Assembly (NCBI GenBank): GCA_965221775.1 | Contig: CBDCSU010000006.1 | Span: 1,600,001-1,664,000 of the forward strand | Length of the DNA stretch: 64,000 bases | Origin: Candidatus Latescibacterota bacterium | Lineage (GTDB): Bacteria; Latescibacterota; UBA2968; UBA8231 | Direction of reading: 5' to 3' | Shown: positions 38,487 to 48,601 of the stretch, one piece after another | Layout: each line of letters starts with the position of its first letter | Position numbering within the stretch: the stretch's first letter is position 1 | Made by a program: the position numbers and the translations under genes | Notes under the pieces: generated by a model | What the model was told of the DNA's origin: nothing | Databases searched by the model: none | The model's input: only the letters and a program-made list of their open reading frames with translations

Positions 38487-39706
38487 AGCCACTCGTCCTC
38501 GAAGACGCGGCACCCGACGCCGTCCTGCCCCATGGCGCCGCGCGCGTAAAGGGTGATGTGCCGGGATTCGTCCAGTGGGCCCACCGTGCTGTACGAGAAG
38601 GTCTCCGGGTCGATGACCTTGTGGCGCCAGGTGCGGCCCTCGTCGTCGCTGTGATAGATGGCGCCGCACCGGCGCTCGGAGATGTGCGATCGACCGGACG
38701 CCGGCAGGCCCGAGCCGTTGGGAATGGAGAACAGCAGGCGCCGGCCGCAGCGGGCCAGCGTGCCGTGGCAGAGGACGCCGCTGATGTCGAAGAGGAAGGG
38801 CGGGGACCAGGTCCTGCCCCAGTCCGCCGAGGTATGGGCGATGCGCTGCATCGGACCGGGACTCACCTTCCCGGCGAGGGACCGCTCCGCCAACCTGTCC
38901 GGTGGATTCATCCGGCGTACGATCAGCAGCTCCTCGCCCTGGCGGACCGAGACGGCGGAGGCCTCGTTGGCCAGGTAGTCGGTGAGAAAGCCGTCGGCGC
39001 GCCAGGTCTCGCCCTGGTCGTCGCTGCAGAGGACGGCGGAGCCGGACTGGGGATGGTGCCGGAAGTGGTTGCTGACCGTTTCGCCTTGGGGCACCACGGT
39101 GACCGGGCCGCCGAGGATGTAGCGGCCCCGGTGGGGACCCTCGGGAACGACGTGCACCTGGCCTACCGGGTTGAACATGATCAGCGTGCCGTCGGGGTAC
39201 CGCCGGTTCAGGGGCGACCGCTCGCCGAGGAGCGTCTCCATGGTCCAGGTCTCGCCGCCGTCGTCGGAGTCGAAGCGGCAGAGCACCATCGGGGTGCCAC
39301 GGCCCACGGCGTCGATGTCGATGCCGGTCCGCTCCCGCATCCTGCCGTGGTCGTTGCCGTAGTGACTCTCCGTGCCGCGCATGTCCACCATGGTCAGAAC
39401 GGAGACGCGCTCCCGTCCATCCCGTTGCGAGCGGTACGCCGACATGGCGTAGTGATGGAGCGGGCTCGAAACCGCCTTCGCGGGCGACCATGTGGCGCCC
39501 TCATCGACGCTCCGGCTCATGAGGACGGCCTTCGGATCGTCGTCCCGTCCTTCGCGCAGCCGCCCCTGGCAGAAGGCGAGCAGGGCGCCGTCGCCCATGA
39601 CGACGTACGACGGCTGGAAGGTGCGGCACACCACCTCGCCGTGAACCTCGAAGCCCGGCTCGAAGGCGAGGGTCCGTTCGCTCAGGCCGTCCCGGAGCGT
39701 CCTCAT
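38483..39706 (-). CDS. Sialidase-like BNR (Asp-box) repeat protein
   Basis: Five SxDxGxTW Asp boxes. Confidence 0.8.
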   Translation of the reverse strand: MRTLRDGLSERTLAFEPGFEVHGEVVCRTFQPSYVVMGDGALLAFCQGRLREGRDDDPKAVLMSRSVDEGATWSPAKAVSSPLHHYAMSAYRSQRDGRERVSVLTMVDMRGTESHYGNDHGRMRERTGIDIDAVGRGTPMVLCRFDSDDGGETWTMETLLGERSPLNRRYPDGTLIMFNPVGQVHVVPEGPHRGRYILGGPVTVVPQGETVSNHFRHHPQSGSAVLCSDDQGETWRADGFLTDYLANEASAVSVRQGEELLIVRRMNPPDRLAERSLAGKVSPGPMQRIAHTSADWGRTWSPPFLFDISGVLCHGTLARCGRRLLFSIPNGSGLPASGRSHISERRCGAIYHSDDEGRTWRHKVIDPETFSYSTVGPLDESRHITLYARGAMGQDGVGCRVFEDEWL

Positions 39707-39716
39707 GCCCGCGGCG

Positions 39717-41198
39717 TCAGCTGTCCCCGAGGCCGGGGAAGGCCGCCTCGTTGATGCTGAACAGGTCGCCCGTGCCGGCGGGCAGGGTGATGGTCAAGCG
39801 ATGGTCGTCCAGGGCGACGGCCTCCACGGCGCCGGTCTCGCGGTCGAGCCGGTGCAGCCCCTTCACCGATGGATCGAAGGTCAGGGTCACCTGCTGGTGC
39901 GAGTCGTCGGCGCCGACGCCCGCGGCCCGGTAGAGGTTGGTTACCATGAGGTAGGCGCCGCCGTCGTCGTCCCGGAAGAGACCGATCAGCGCGTCCTGCC
40001 GGGGGCCGGCCACGGAGAGGGCGATCGCCTGAATCGGCCCCACCGGCTTGCGGGGATCGTGGGCCGCGAGCCCGTGGGGGGTCAGGTTGAAGTCGGTGCT
40101 GCTCTCGGCGCTGCTGTGGCCGGCGACGAAGCGCATGTCGGTGCTGGTGAGGAACCGCAGGGTGCGGCCGAGGTTGGCCACCTCCACGCTGGCACGGGCC
40201 GCGGCGTGGTAGAGAGGGGTGGTCTCGTGGGTCTCCTCGCCCCGCAGCAGGGCGCCGTCGAAGACGTGGTCGTAGGTGAAGTAGGTGATCCCCGTGAAGC
40301 CGAAGGTCAGAGCCGCGAAGAGCTGCATCCTCAGGTCCGACTCGCTCGGCATGCGCCGGTAGCGCTCCTTGCCGTAGGCCTGCACGAAGATCCAGTAGGG
40401 CACGTCCAGCTCCAGGCCGACGCGGCGGACATCGGCGAGGCACTTGAAGTAGGTGTTGTGCAGGTACTCGGCCTCGATGCCCTCGGGCGGAACCTTGTAG
40501 GGGTAGGCGTCGACCATCACCAGGTCGGACCCGATGATCTGCACGAGGTCGCGCAGGTATTGGGGGTAGTCGTAGGGGGAGGTCGGCTTCTGGTAGGTGC
40601 CCGGGCCCTCCCAGCGGCCGCCGAAGTACTTGCCGGTCTGCGCCCCGTACGGATAGGCGTTGGAGTAGACCAGGGCCTCGGGGAATCTCCCCTTGAGCCA
40701 GGAGACGACCTTCCCCGCCGTCTTCATGGACGGCCGCTTCGGCTCGTCCCAGACGATGAACGCCTCGGCTCCGGGATAGGTGTCCACGAGCTGGTCGATG
40801 CGCGCCCGCAGCTCGTCGCCCATGGGGTCGGGGCGGCTGGCCTCCATGGCCGCGGCCTTCTCGGCGGGGTCCATCTCCTCGTAGCGGTGGCGCTCCTTGC
40901 GCATCAGCGCGCCGCCGAGCAGCCCCTTGCTGAGGTGGCAGTGGTAGGGGATGCCCATGCGCTGCGCCTCCGGGGCCAGCCTCTCCCAGCGCTTCCACGC
41001 CAGCATGGCGTTGCAGCCGACCTCCACGTAGCGGTCGTCCTGTACCGCCTGGGGGCGCTGGGTCAGGGCCATGATCGTGAAGGGGTGGGAGCGCACCCAT
41101 CGTTTGCCGAAGTCGGCCGGTCGATCGCCTGCCTCGGCCGAGGCGGTCAAGGCAGTTCCCGGCACGAGGGCGCAGAGCAGGAGCCGAGGGACGAGCAT
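39717..41198 (-). CDS. Secreted hypothetical glycoside hydrolase-like protein
   Basis: Signal peptide; WDEP, DAYP, YWIFVQA and GITYFTY motifs; GGAGG upstream. Confidence 0.6.
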   Translation of the reverse strand: MLVPRLLLCALVPGTALTASAEAGDRPADFGKRWVRSHPFTIMALTQRPQAVQDDRYVEVGCNAMLAWKRWERLAPEAQRMGIPYHCHLSKGLLGGALMRKERHRYEEMDPAEKAAAMEASRPDPMGDELRARIDQLVDTYPGAEAFIVWDEPKRPSMKTAGKVVSWLKGRFPEALVYSNAYPYGAQTGKYFGGRWEGPGTYQKPTSPYDYPQYLRDLVQIIGSDLVMVDAYPYKVPPEGIEAEYLHNTYFKCLADVRRVGLELDVPYWIFVQAYGKERYRRMPSESDLRMQLFAALTFGFTGITYFTYDHVFDGALLRGEETHETTPLYHAAARASVEVANLGRTLRFLTSTDMRFVAGHSSAESSTDFNLTPHGLAAHDPRKPVGPIQAIALSVAGPRQDALIGLFRDDDGGAYLMVTNLYRAAGVGADDSHQQVTLTFDPSVKGLHRLDRETGAVEAVALDDHRLTITLPAGTGDLFSINEAAFPGLGDS

Positions 41199-41257
41199 GG
41201 GGATACCTCCTTGTGGGGGATCGTCATCGCTGACCGTGCCGGGGACGCGCCACCGGC

Positions 41258-42664
41258 CTAGAAGGTGCTCTCCTTCGTCGTCAGGGGGCACCATCTGGAG
41301 GTCTCGAGGAAGGGCAGCACCGCTTCCCGGGCCTGCCGGGTGCCGATCCTCAGCAGGGCCTGGGCCGCATCGCCGCGGACGTACCTGTCCTCGTCGTAGA
41401 GCACGTCTCGCAGGGCGGGAATCGCCTCTTCCCCGTGCGGCCCCAGGCGGACCAGGGCGAAGGCGGCGTTGCGGCGCACGCTGTCGTTCTCGTCGCCGAG
41501 GGCCTCGGCCAGGGGCGGGGCTGCCGCGGCGTCGGCCTGGGCGATCGTCCCCAGCGCCTCGGCGGCCTGGGCGCGGACCTGGGGCGACTCGTCCCGCAAC
41601 CGCCCGGTCAGGGCCGGAACCGCCGGCCCCGCCGCCAGGCCGATGTCCCCCAGGGTCTCGGCCGCCTCGGCGCGCTCGTGCTCGGCGGCGCCGGCCTGCA
41701 GCGAGTCGACCAGGGGTCCCACGGCCGCCTCTCCCATGGCGCTCAGGGCATGGCAGGCGTTGCGGCGCAACTCCTGGGAATCGGCGTGCAGCAGCCGCGT
41801 CAGCCCGGGGACCGCGGCGGCGCCGGCCCCGCTCAGGGCATAGGCGGCGCGCAGTCTGGCGCCCTCGCAGCCGTTCTCCATCCCGGCCAGCAGCTCCGCC
41901 AACTCCGACGAATCCGCGGCGACCTTCCCGTTCGGCGCCGCCCCGTTGCTGGTCCTGCCGAGGTGCCAGTCCCAGACGTGCTCGTACATCTTCCGGTCCA
42001 GCGCGCTCCCGTCCGCCGGCCAGCCGGAACCCTTGTTGCGCCAGCTCGGGGACCGCGGCTCCGCCGTGCGCGCGAAGAGGAACTTCATCATGTAGCGGTT
42101 GCGGTCGGTGCGGTTCGGGGTGGCCCGGTGGAAGAGGTCGTAGTGGACGATGGCCACGGTCCCGGCCGGGCCGCACAGGGGCAGCTCGGGGAAGGAGTCC
42201 ACGCCTTCCCGGGTAGCGTAGAAGTGGCTCCCGGGGACGACGGCGGTCGGGCCCAGTTCCTCCGGAGTGTCCTGGGGGTAGTAGAAGAGCAGGATCCGGC
42301 GAGTGTGGTGGGACCACCGGCTGGAGCCGTCCTGGTGCAGGTGCTGCCCCTCGCTGCCGGGCGGATTGAAGTGGCAGTGGCGGTGCGGCTGCGTGTAGTA
42401 GTCCTCCCCGAGAATGCTGGTCAGCCCTCCCCGAACCTCGGGGGAGTCGAGGACCTGCTGCACCGCGGGGATCCTCGGCACGAGGTTGTTGCCCGGGTTG
42501 CCCTCCTTCTCGAAGACCGTCTCCGTCTCGCCATGGATCCTCTCGTGCAGTCCGGCGTCCAGCTCCGGGCGCACGACCACGTATCCGTCGACGATGAACT
42601 GCCGCAGCTGATCGTCGGTCAGAAGTCGAAGCTCGGCCATGCTCTCGCAGTCCTTTCTATCCAC
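41258..42664 (-). CDS. PhyH dioxygenase fused to HEAT/PBS-lyase repeats
   Basis: LHQDG, GSH, LFHRA, then repeated VR..AA.ALG.IG helical repeats. Confidence 0.88.
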   Translation of the reverse strand: MDRKDCESMAELRLLTDDQLRQFIVDGYVVVRPELDAGLHERIHGETETVFEKEGNPGNNLVPRIPAVQQVLDSPEVRGGLTSILGEDYYTQPHRHCHFNPPGSEGQHLHQDGSSRWSHHTRRILLFYYPQDTPEELGPTAVVPGSHFYATREGVDSFPELPLCGPAGTVAIVHYDLFHRATPNRTDRNRYMMKFLFARTAEPRSPSWRNKGSGWPADGSALDRKMYEHVWDWHLGRTSNGAAPNGKVAADSSELAELLAGMENGCEGARLRAAYALSGAGAAAVPGLTRLLHADSQELRRNACHALSAMGEAAVGPLVDSLQAGAAEHERAEAAETLGDIGLAAGPAVPALTGRLRDESPQVRAQAAEALGTIAQADAAAAPPLAEALGDENDSVRRNAAFALVRLGPHGEEAIPALRDVLYDEDRYVRGDAAQALLRIGTRQAREAVLPFLETSRWCPLTTKESTF

Positions 42665-43664
42665 GGTGACTCTCCCACACCTCCACGTCGACGCGGCCTG
42701 ATGCGCCGCGGCCGGCGGCCACCCGCTTGCTCAAGGTAGCGCCGCGGCGGAAGCCCGCCGCGCCCAAGGCCTCGGCCTTGGGGTGCAGACCCGCGTCGCA
42801 GTAGGCCAGACAGGGGTGGCTTGCGGGTAGCTCCAGCTCCCGGAGCAGGGCCGCCCCCTGGTCCCAGAACGCCGGATGGCAGTACAGGTCGACGAGGCGG
42901 GCGTCCGGCCACAGGGGATGGTCCGACCACATGGCCAGGCCCACCACGGCCCGGGTCTTCTGCTGCACCAGGGCCACCGCTCGGGGAGGAAGTCCGTCGG
43001 CCTTGCGCTCGAGGCTGTCCTGCATCAGGGGCAGGAACGGCCCCTCGGTGGTGCGGCGGCCCCACAGCCCCAGGCCGGTGCCGCGCACGACGCCAGGGAA
43101 ATCACCCGCGAAGAGGGGCGTCGACGCCGGCCAGTGCAGCCAGCCGGCCGGTTCCGCGGCGGTCTCGCCCGGGGCGAAGAAAGCCGCCTCGAACTCCTCC
43201 CGGGAGGTGGTGTAGTACGACATCTGGCCGCTCTCCGGCTCGATGCTCGCGAAGCCGTGGGCCCGGTAGATGTGGTACGCCGGGGAGTCGTACCCCGTGC
43301 CCAGGAACAGGGCCTGGCCGCCGCGCCGCCGGAAGTCGTCCATGAGGCGGGCCTGCAGCTGCGTGGCCGCCCCCTGGCGGCGGTCCTCGGGGCGGGTGTA
43401 GACGTGGCCGAGGAGCCCCGCGCCGCGGTGCTCGATGGTCATGATGTTGGCGAAGGGATCGCCATTCCGCGACAGCAGGTAGTAGAACACGCCGAGGCCC
43501 GTCCCGGTGCGCAGGACCTGCTCGTTGCCCCAGCGCCAGTGCGGGCCCTTGTGGCTCAGCAGACCTTCCACGCGCGGGGCCCATTGGAGGTCGGGGCCCT
43601 GCACGACGCCGGCGTCCACGGTTTCACCCGACTTGAGGGCGATGCGGTCGAGAGGGCGGTACAT
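42657..43664 (-). CDS. GNAT acetyltransferase (probably tandem domains)
   Basis: HVYTRPEDRRQGAA...AYHIYRAHGF. Confidence 0.8.
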   Translation of the reverse strand: MYRPLDRIALKSGETVDAGVVQGPDLQWAPRVEGLLSHKGPHWRWGNEQVLRTGTGLGVFYYLLSRNGDPFANIMTIEHRGAGLLGHVYTRPEDRRQGAATQLQARLMDDFRRRGGQALFLGTGYDSPAYHIYRAHGFASIEPESGQMSYYTTSREEFEAAFFAPGETAAEPAGWLHWPASTPLFAGDFPGVVRGTGLGLWGRRTTEGPFLPLMQDSLERKADGLPPRAVALVQQKTRAVVGLAMWSDHPLWPDARLVDLYCHPAFWDQGAALLRELELPASHPCLAYCDAGLHPKAEALGAAGFRRGATLSKRVAAGRGASGRVDVEVWESHRG

Positions 43665-44899
43665 CAGCCGGCCTCTCCCAGCACCTCGCGCGCGACTCTG
43701 AGGATGTTGCCGCCGAGGATCTTGCGGATGTCGTCATCCGCATACCCCCGCTGCACCAGGCCGACCGTGAAGAGAGGGAAGTTCGTCCACGCCATGCTCT
43801 GCACCATGGGCTCCCGGCGCCACTCCGGGCGCCCCACGGGATCGTCGGCCGGCCACAGGGCCTCCCAGCGCCGGCGGACCCCGCGCCGACCCCGGACCTT
43901 GGCGTTCTCCTCCCGGGAGCGGCAACTGACGTAGGCGCGGTCCGTGCCGATCGTCACGTGATCGACGCCGACGACCTTCACCGCGTGGTCGATGTGGTCG
44001 AGCATGGCGTCGACGCAGCCGCTGCCGCCGAGGAAGGCGGGCACGTTGGTGATGCCCAGGGTCCCGCCCTTGTCGGCGATGGCCCGCATCACCTCGTCCG
44101 GCTTGCCGCGGTGGTGGTGGTTCAGGGCGGCGCAGGCGGAGTGGCTGGAGACGATCGGCTTCCGCGACGCCTCGGCCGTCTCCAGGCAGGTGCGCCACCC
44201 GGTGTGGGCCACGTCGATGATCACGCCGACCCTGTTCATCTCGGCGATCACCGCGCGGCCGAAGTCGCTCAGACCGGCGTTGGCCGGCTCGGCGCAGCCG
44301 TCGCCGATCGGATTGCGGCGGTTGTAGGTCAGGTGCATCATGCGGCAACCGAGCTCGAAGAGCAGGCTGATGAAGCGCAGCTCCTGCTCGACCGTGGCCT
44401 GCTCGCCCGGCAGGGGGACGCCGTTGCAGGTCTGGTAGATGCAGTGCCGTCCGGCGGCCTTGGCGGCGGCGATGTCGCCGGGGAAGGCGGCGCGGGAGAC
44501 GTGGTCGCGCATGCGGTCCGTCAGGTGGGTGTAGTGGGCCAGCCGCCCCAGCATGCGCATGGGGTCGTTGCCCTCCTCGCCGGTGTTCTGGAAGGAGCAG
44601 GTCACGCCGGAAGCCTCCCAGGCCGCCAGGTACTCCGCCTTCAGCTCGTCGTCGGCGGCCCAGCGGGTCATGCGCATCCGCTCCGACAGGTACTGCAGCT
44701 CCACCTCCGAGGCCCCCGACTCGACGGCTTTCGCCACGGCCTCGCCGTCGATCGGGGCCTGCAGCCCGAGGCTGTACGACTCGCAGACGACGGCGTCCCG
44801 GTGCAGGGCCAGCCCGTGCTCCAGCTGCGACTCGGACGGCTGCAGGATCGCGAGGGCCGCGTCCCTCGCCTGCTGGATGCCCTCTTCCCAGGGATTCAC
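43664..44899 (-). CDS. Membrane dipeptidase (peptidase M19) family
   Basis: LTYNRRN, GLSDFGR..IAEMNRVG..IDVAH, SSHS, HIDH...GVDHV.IGTD, KILGGN. Confidence 0.88.
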   Translation of the reverse strand: MNPWEEGIQQARDAALAILQPSESQLEHGLALHRDAVVCESYSLGLQAPIDGEAVAKAVESGASEVELQYLSERMRMTRWAADDELKAEYLAAWEASGVTCSFQNTGEEGNDPMRMLGRLAHYTHLTDRMRDHVSRAAFPGDIAAAKAAGRHCIYQTCNGVPLPGEQATVEQELRFISLLFELGCRMMHLTYNRRNPIGDGCAEPANAGLSDFGRAVIAEMNRVGVIIDVAHTGWRTCLETAEASRKPIVSSHSACAALNHHHRGKPDEVMRAIADKGGTLGITNVPAFLGGSGCVDAMLDHIDHAVKVVGVDHVTIGTDRAYVSCRSREENAKVRGRRGVRRRWEALWPADDPVGRPEWRREPMVQSMAWTNFPLFTVGLVQRGYADDDIRKILGGNILRVAREVLGEAG

Positions 44900-45741
44900 A
44901 CGACGCCCCACTTCACCCGTCCCAGCTCGCGCGACCGCTCCCCGTCGTACGCGGGATCGATGTCGAAGTCGCGATCCAGCCACAGCACCTCGCGCTGCTC
45001 CGGAGTCAGCGCGTCGACCAGCTCGGGGGTCAGGTAGTCCCCCCAGGTGAAGCGATGGTTGTCGACCGTGTGGGGGTGGAACAACCAGTGGCTCATGTAG
45101 CGGCCCTCGTTCGTGCGGTTGAGCCAGGTCGCGTGGAACAGCCTCGAGTGGCGCACGATCAACTGGTGGGGCTCCACCTCGAGGGAGATCTCCTCGGCGA
45201 GGGGGACGTCCTCCCAGCCGTCGTCGGCCGGGGACCCGGGGATTCCACGTTCATCGCGGAGGCGGGCGGCCCTCTCCTGCAGAGAGGCGGGCGGCGCGGC
45301 GTGACTGCCCGGCACGATGCGCAGGCACCCGTTCTCCCGCGAGGCTCCGGAGAAGTAGTGCATGAACTCCGCCCACTCGGGCCCGCCGTCGACGTGCCAC
45401 CCAACGGACCGGTCCGGCGCCTGCTCGTTGATGCCGCCGTTGCGCAGGTAGATGTCGCTCGCTCCGTTCAGCTGGCGGGCGAGCTCCACGATCTCGGGAT
45501 GCAGGATGATCTTCAGGAACGGCAGGGAGTGATCGAGGGCGCACCAGTAGGAGTCTTCCACCTGGGGCCGCAGGCGGAAGTGATTCCTCTTGCTGCCGTC
45601 GGCCGGACCCTCCGATGGATCCCGGGTCGTCCTCTCGACCGCTGCCATGCACTCCTCGGTGAGGCTCTCGGGGAACGGACAGTCGACGATCACGTAGCCG
45701 AGGGTGCGGTACTGCTCGAGTTGTCGCTCGCTGAACTTCAT
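44896..45741 (-). CDS. PhyH-family Fe(II)/2OG dioxygenase
   Basis: WHVD, NGCLRIVPGSH, LFHA. Confidence 0.88.
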   Translation of the reverse strand: MKFSERQLEQYRTLGYVIVDCPFPESLTEECMAAVERTTRDPSEGPADGSKRNHFRLRPQVEDSYWCALDHSLPFLKIILHPEIVELARQLNGASDIYLRNGGINEQAPDRSVGWHVDGGPEWAEFMHYFSGASRENGCLRIVPGSHAAPPASLQERAARLRDERGIPGSPADDGWEDVPLAEEISLEVEPHQLIVRHSRLFHATWLNRTNEGRYMSHWLFHPHTVDNHRFTWGDYLTPELVDALTPEQREVLWLDRDFDIDPAYDGERSRELGRVKWGVV

Positions 45742-45863
45742 GCTTCCACCATGACCCGCTCGAGGCCGTCCTGCTCCTCGCTGCCGTGGTCGTCGAGGAA
45801 CAGCTGCCGCTCGCCGCCGATGTGGATTGTCATGGGTCTGAGGCCCGATGCCACCCCGCTCGT

Positions 45864-46367
45864 CTACTGGCCGGGTTGCAGACGCGAGGAAAACCTCCGC
45901 AGGACTTCTCTCGAGATGTGATGAGGATTGTTGGCATGGATCCTCTCCGCCGCCGCCAGAGCACGCGAGGCCGAGAGAGCCCCTTCCGAAACCAGATCGA
46001 GCATGAGTTCCAACCCCCACCTCGTCCGGACATTGTGTTCACTGCAGATTCGACGAAGAAGGCGGTCATTGGTCAGGCAGACCCAGTCGTTCTCCCGGCA
46101 GACGTGGAGCGACAGGCGATCGTAGCGTGAGAGTCTTCGTGGGAGTTCCTCCAATTGGAGCAGGGTCTCGGGTCCAACCTCGATCACCCTCAGTCCGATT
46201 TCTCCGCACCGTGCGAGGCTCAGGTCATCCACTTCATCGACAACGTCTCGCAGGACATGGACCGGGGCGAGATGCTGAACGACCAGCGCAAGAATCGCCA
46301 AGTCCGAGTCCCGGTAATCGATCAGTACATTCGCGTCCGACAGAAGTACCGCCGGCCGGTCGGGCAT
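45864..46367 (-). CDS. PIN-domain protein (putative toxin)
   Basis: LLSDANVLID, VVDEV, LSRYD, LTNDRLLR. Confidence 0.75.
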   Translation of the reverse strand: MPDRPAVLLSDANVLIDYRDSDLAILALVVQHLAPVHVLRDVVDEVDDLSLARCGEIGLRVIEVGPETLLQLEELPRRLSRYDRLSLHVCRENDWVCLTNDRLLRRICSEHNVRTRWGLELMLDLVSEGALSASRALAAAERIHANNPHHISREVLRRFSSRLQPGQ

Positions 46368-46368
46368 C

Positions 46369-47496
46369 TCATGCTGCCCATTCTGCGGCCAACTGGCGCA
46401 TGTCCACCAGGGACATGCCCAGGATCTCGGCCCCCCGGCCGAGTGAGATCTCCTCGGCCTCGACACCTCGGCGGACCAGGCGCCGAAGTCTGTCGTCGAG
46501 GCAGTCGGCAGCAGAGAGACGGTCCGGCTCAAGCCCCCGTTTGTCGCTGAACTCGCTCTCTGTCAACGGCTGAGGTTCATCTACCTTCTTCAGGGTCCGC
46601 CCCCACCGCCTACGGTGCTGCACCTGGAAGATACCGAAGACCTCCCGAGGGGCTTCTTCCATCTGCACCAAGCGGAGCAGCACCGTCTTGTAGCTCACGT
46701 GGAAGATCCGCTTGACTTTGAGGACGCGTTCGTACAGTGGGTGCCCGCTTGAGTCACACCACTCCCGCTCAAAGGAGTCCTGAGGCATCAGGAAGAAGCT
46801 GGCGAACTCATCCGCCTGCCTCTCCTCATCCATGGGTTCCTCCTCCTGCCTGTAGTCGTATGCGCCCGGGTGCAGAAGCAAGTGGCCCAGCTCATGCGCA
46901 GCAGAGAAGATCCACCGCTCGACAGAAATCCGCTCCCAAGTGTTGATGACGATCGCGGGTCCTCCGTCGTCTTCCTTGACCGAGAGCCCGAAGAACGCCT
47001 CGGTCGCTCGTGGGAGACGGAGCACCTTGACGCCGCATCCTTCCAGCAACCCGCAGATGTCGTAGATGGGCTGATGGTCGTACTCAAGGTGCTTCCGAAC
47101 CCTCTCGGCCACGGCCCGCGGGCCTCCTTGCCGCTGATTACGGAGCCCTTGGAGTTCAAAGGGCGCGGTATCCTCCAGCAACTCCTCAAGGAATCCATAG
47201 TCCTCGAGCCAATTCGAAACCTCGGCCAGCAGCTGCTCCCGCTCTCGCACCCGCTTTCGAGCGCGGAAGCGTACGGTGCTCAGGGGCCGCACGGTGGCCG
47301 CGAGTTGGGCAGGAGAGACCCCTAACGCGCGCGCCAGCGCCCGCATGGTGGAGGTCCGCGGCAGCGCCTCGCCCCGTTCGATCTTGCCCAGTCCAAGACG
47401 TGACAGCCGTGCGCGCTCAGCAAGTGCCTTCTGGCTCATGCTTTTCGAAACCCGCAGCCGCACCACATTGGTGCCGATCACGTTCTCTATGGACAT
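46369..47496 (-). CDS. XRE HTH fused to an ImmA/IrrE (M78) zinc peptidase
   Basis: N-terminal HTH; RWIFSAAHELGHL and EERQADEFASFFLMP. Confidence 0.92.
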   Translation of the reverse strand: MSIENVIGTNVVRLRVSKSMSQKALAERARLSRLGLGKIERGEALPRTSTMRALARALGVSPAQLAATVRPLSTVRFRARKRVREREQLLAEVSNWLEDYGFLEELLEDTAPFELQGLRNQRQGGPRAVAERVRKHLEYDHQPIYDICGLLEGCGVKVLRLPRATEAFFGLSVKEDDGGPAIVINTWERISVERWIFSAAHELGHLLLHPGAYDYRQEEEPMDEERQADEFASFFLMPQDSFEREWCDSSGHPLYERVLKVKRIFHVSYKTVLLRLVQMEEAPREVFGIFQVQHRRRWGRTLKKVDEPQPLTESEFSDKRGLEPDRLSAADCLDDRLRRLVRRGVEAEEISLGRGAEILGMSLVDMRQLAAEWAA

Positions 47497-47807
47497 CCTG
47501 GCTCCCTGCTGGGGGAATTGCTGGGCGGGGAGGTCGCCCCGCTTAAGTTATCTTCGCGACACCGCACTGTCCAGTTGTATATTTCTCTCTGTGTTTTGGG
47601 CCCGCCTCAAGCAGCCCATCGATACCTCGGATACCTCATGGAGCTTGCCGTTACCTGGACGATCTGCTGTGCGCCTCACCTACTAAACCCCGATCCTGTC
47701 CATGTCAATCTCTCCCTCCAAGGATCGAGGCCACCGTCTTGAGAGCCTAGTAGCGGCTCTCTATAGTAGCCTCAAGACACGCAAGGAATCGGACGGGAGA
47801 AACCATC

Positions 47808-48551
47808 GTGAAAGTGGCCGTCATGGGCGCCGCGGGGTGGGCCGGGCGGGCGGTGCTCGAGAACTTCGCCGGCCGCCACGAGGTGCGCGCCTTCGATCAC
47901 AACCCCGAAGCCTGGTCGGTGTACCGCAAGTTCGACGGCGACTGGGAGGGCGACAAGCACTACGGGGACCTGGCCGACTTCCACGCCGTCCACAGAACCC
48001 TCGAAGGCATGGACGGCGTCGTCCACCTGGCCGCCTACTTCGGGTACGAGGGACCCCACGAGGACGATGTGAACCCCTTTCTCATCAACGTCAAGGGGAT
48101 GTGGAACGTACTGGAGTCGGCCCGGCGGCACGGGCTCAAGCGCGTCGTGCACATGAGCTCCTGCGTCGTGCAGCATCCGGACGGGCGGTTCCTGTCGTCG
48201 GACGTGCGCAGCAAGGAAGGCACCCTCTACGGCATCACCAAGCGCCTGCAGGAGGAGATGTGCCGCCAGTTCCACGACGCCTACGGCCTGCGCATCATCA
48301 TCTTCCGTCCGGCCAGCATCGGTGACAGCCGGCTGGGGATCTCTCGCGACGGCGGCCCCGCCCGCGGCGGCATCAGCTGGGTCTGCCGGCACGATCTGGC
48401 CGAGGCCTGCCACCTGGCCCTCGAATCGGAGACCATCGACTTCGACATCATGCACACGGCCAGCCACCCGGAGGCGGACCGCTACTGCAACGTCGCCCGC
48501 TCTCGGGAGCTGCTGGGTCTGGAGTACAAGGGGCACTTCCCCGGCGACTGA
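47808..48551 (+). CDS. NAD-dependent epimerase/dehydratase (uronate dehydrogenase-like)
   Basis: GAAGWAG, VVHLAA, YGITK. Confidence 0.88.
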   Translation: MKVAVMGAAGWAGRAVLENFAGRHEVRAFDHNPEAWSVYRKFDGDWEGDKHYGDLADFHAVHRTLEGMDGVVHLAAYFGYEGPHEDDVNPFLINVKGMWNVLESARRHGLKRVVHMSSCVVQHPDGRFLSSDVRSKEGTLYGITKRLQEEMCRQFHDAYGLRIIIFRPASIGDSRLGISRDGGPARGGISWVCRHDLAEACHLALESETIDFDIMHTASHPEADRYCNVARSRELLGLEYKGHFPGD

Positions 48552-48601
48552 CTGCCGCCCGGCCGGCGGAAACGCCGCGCCCGCCGCTCCTGCCAGCCCT
48601 C

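Noticed and set aside
47497-47800. AT-richer intergenic region with a short direct repeat (gatacctc twice) as an ncRNA or att site
   Set aside because: Adequately explained by divergent promoters; no matching repeat found at the other end of the island.
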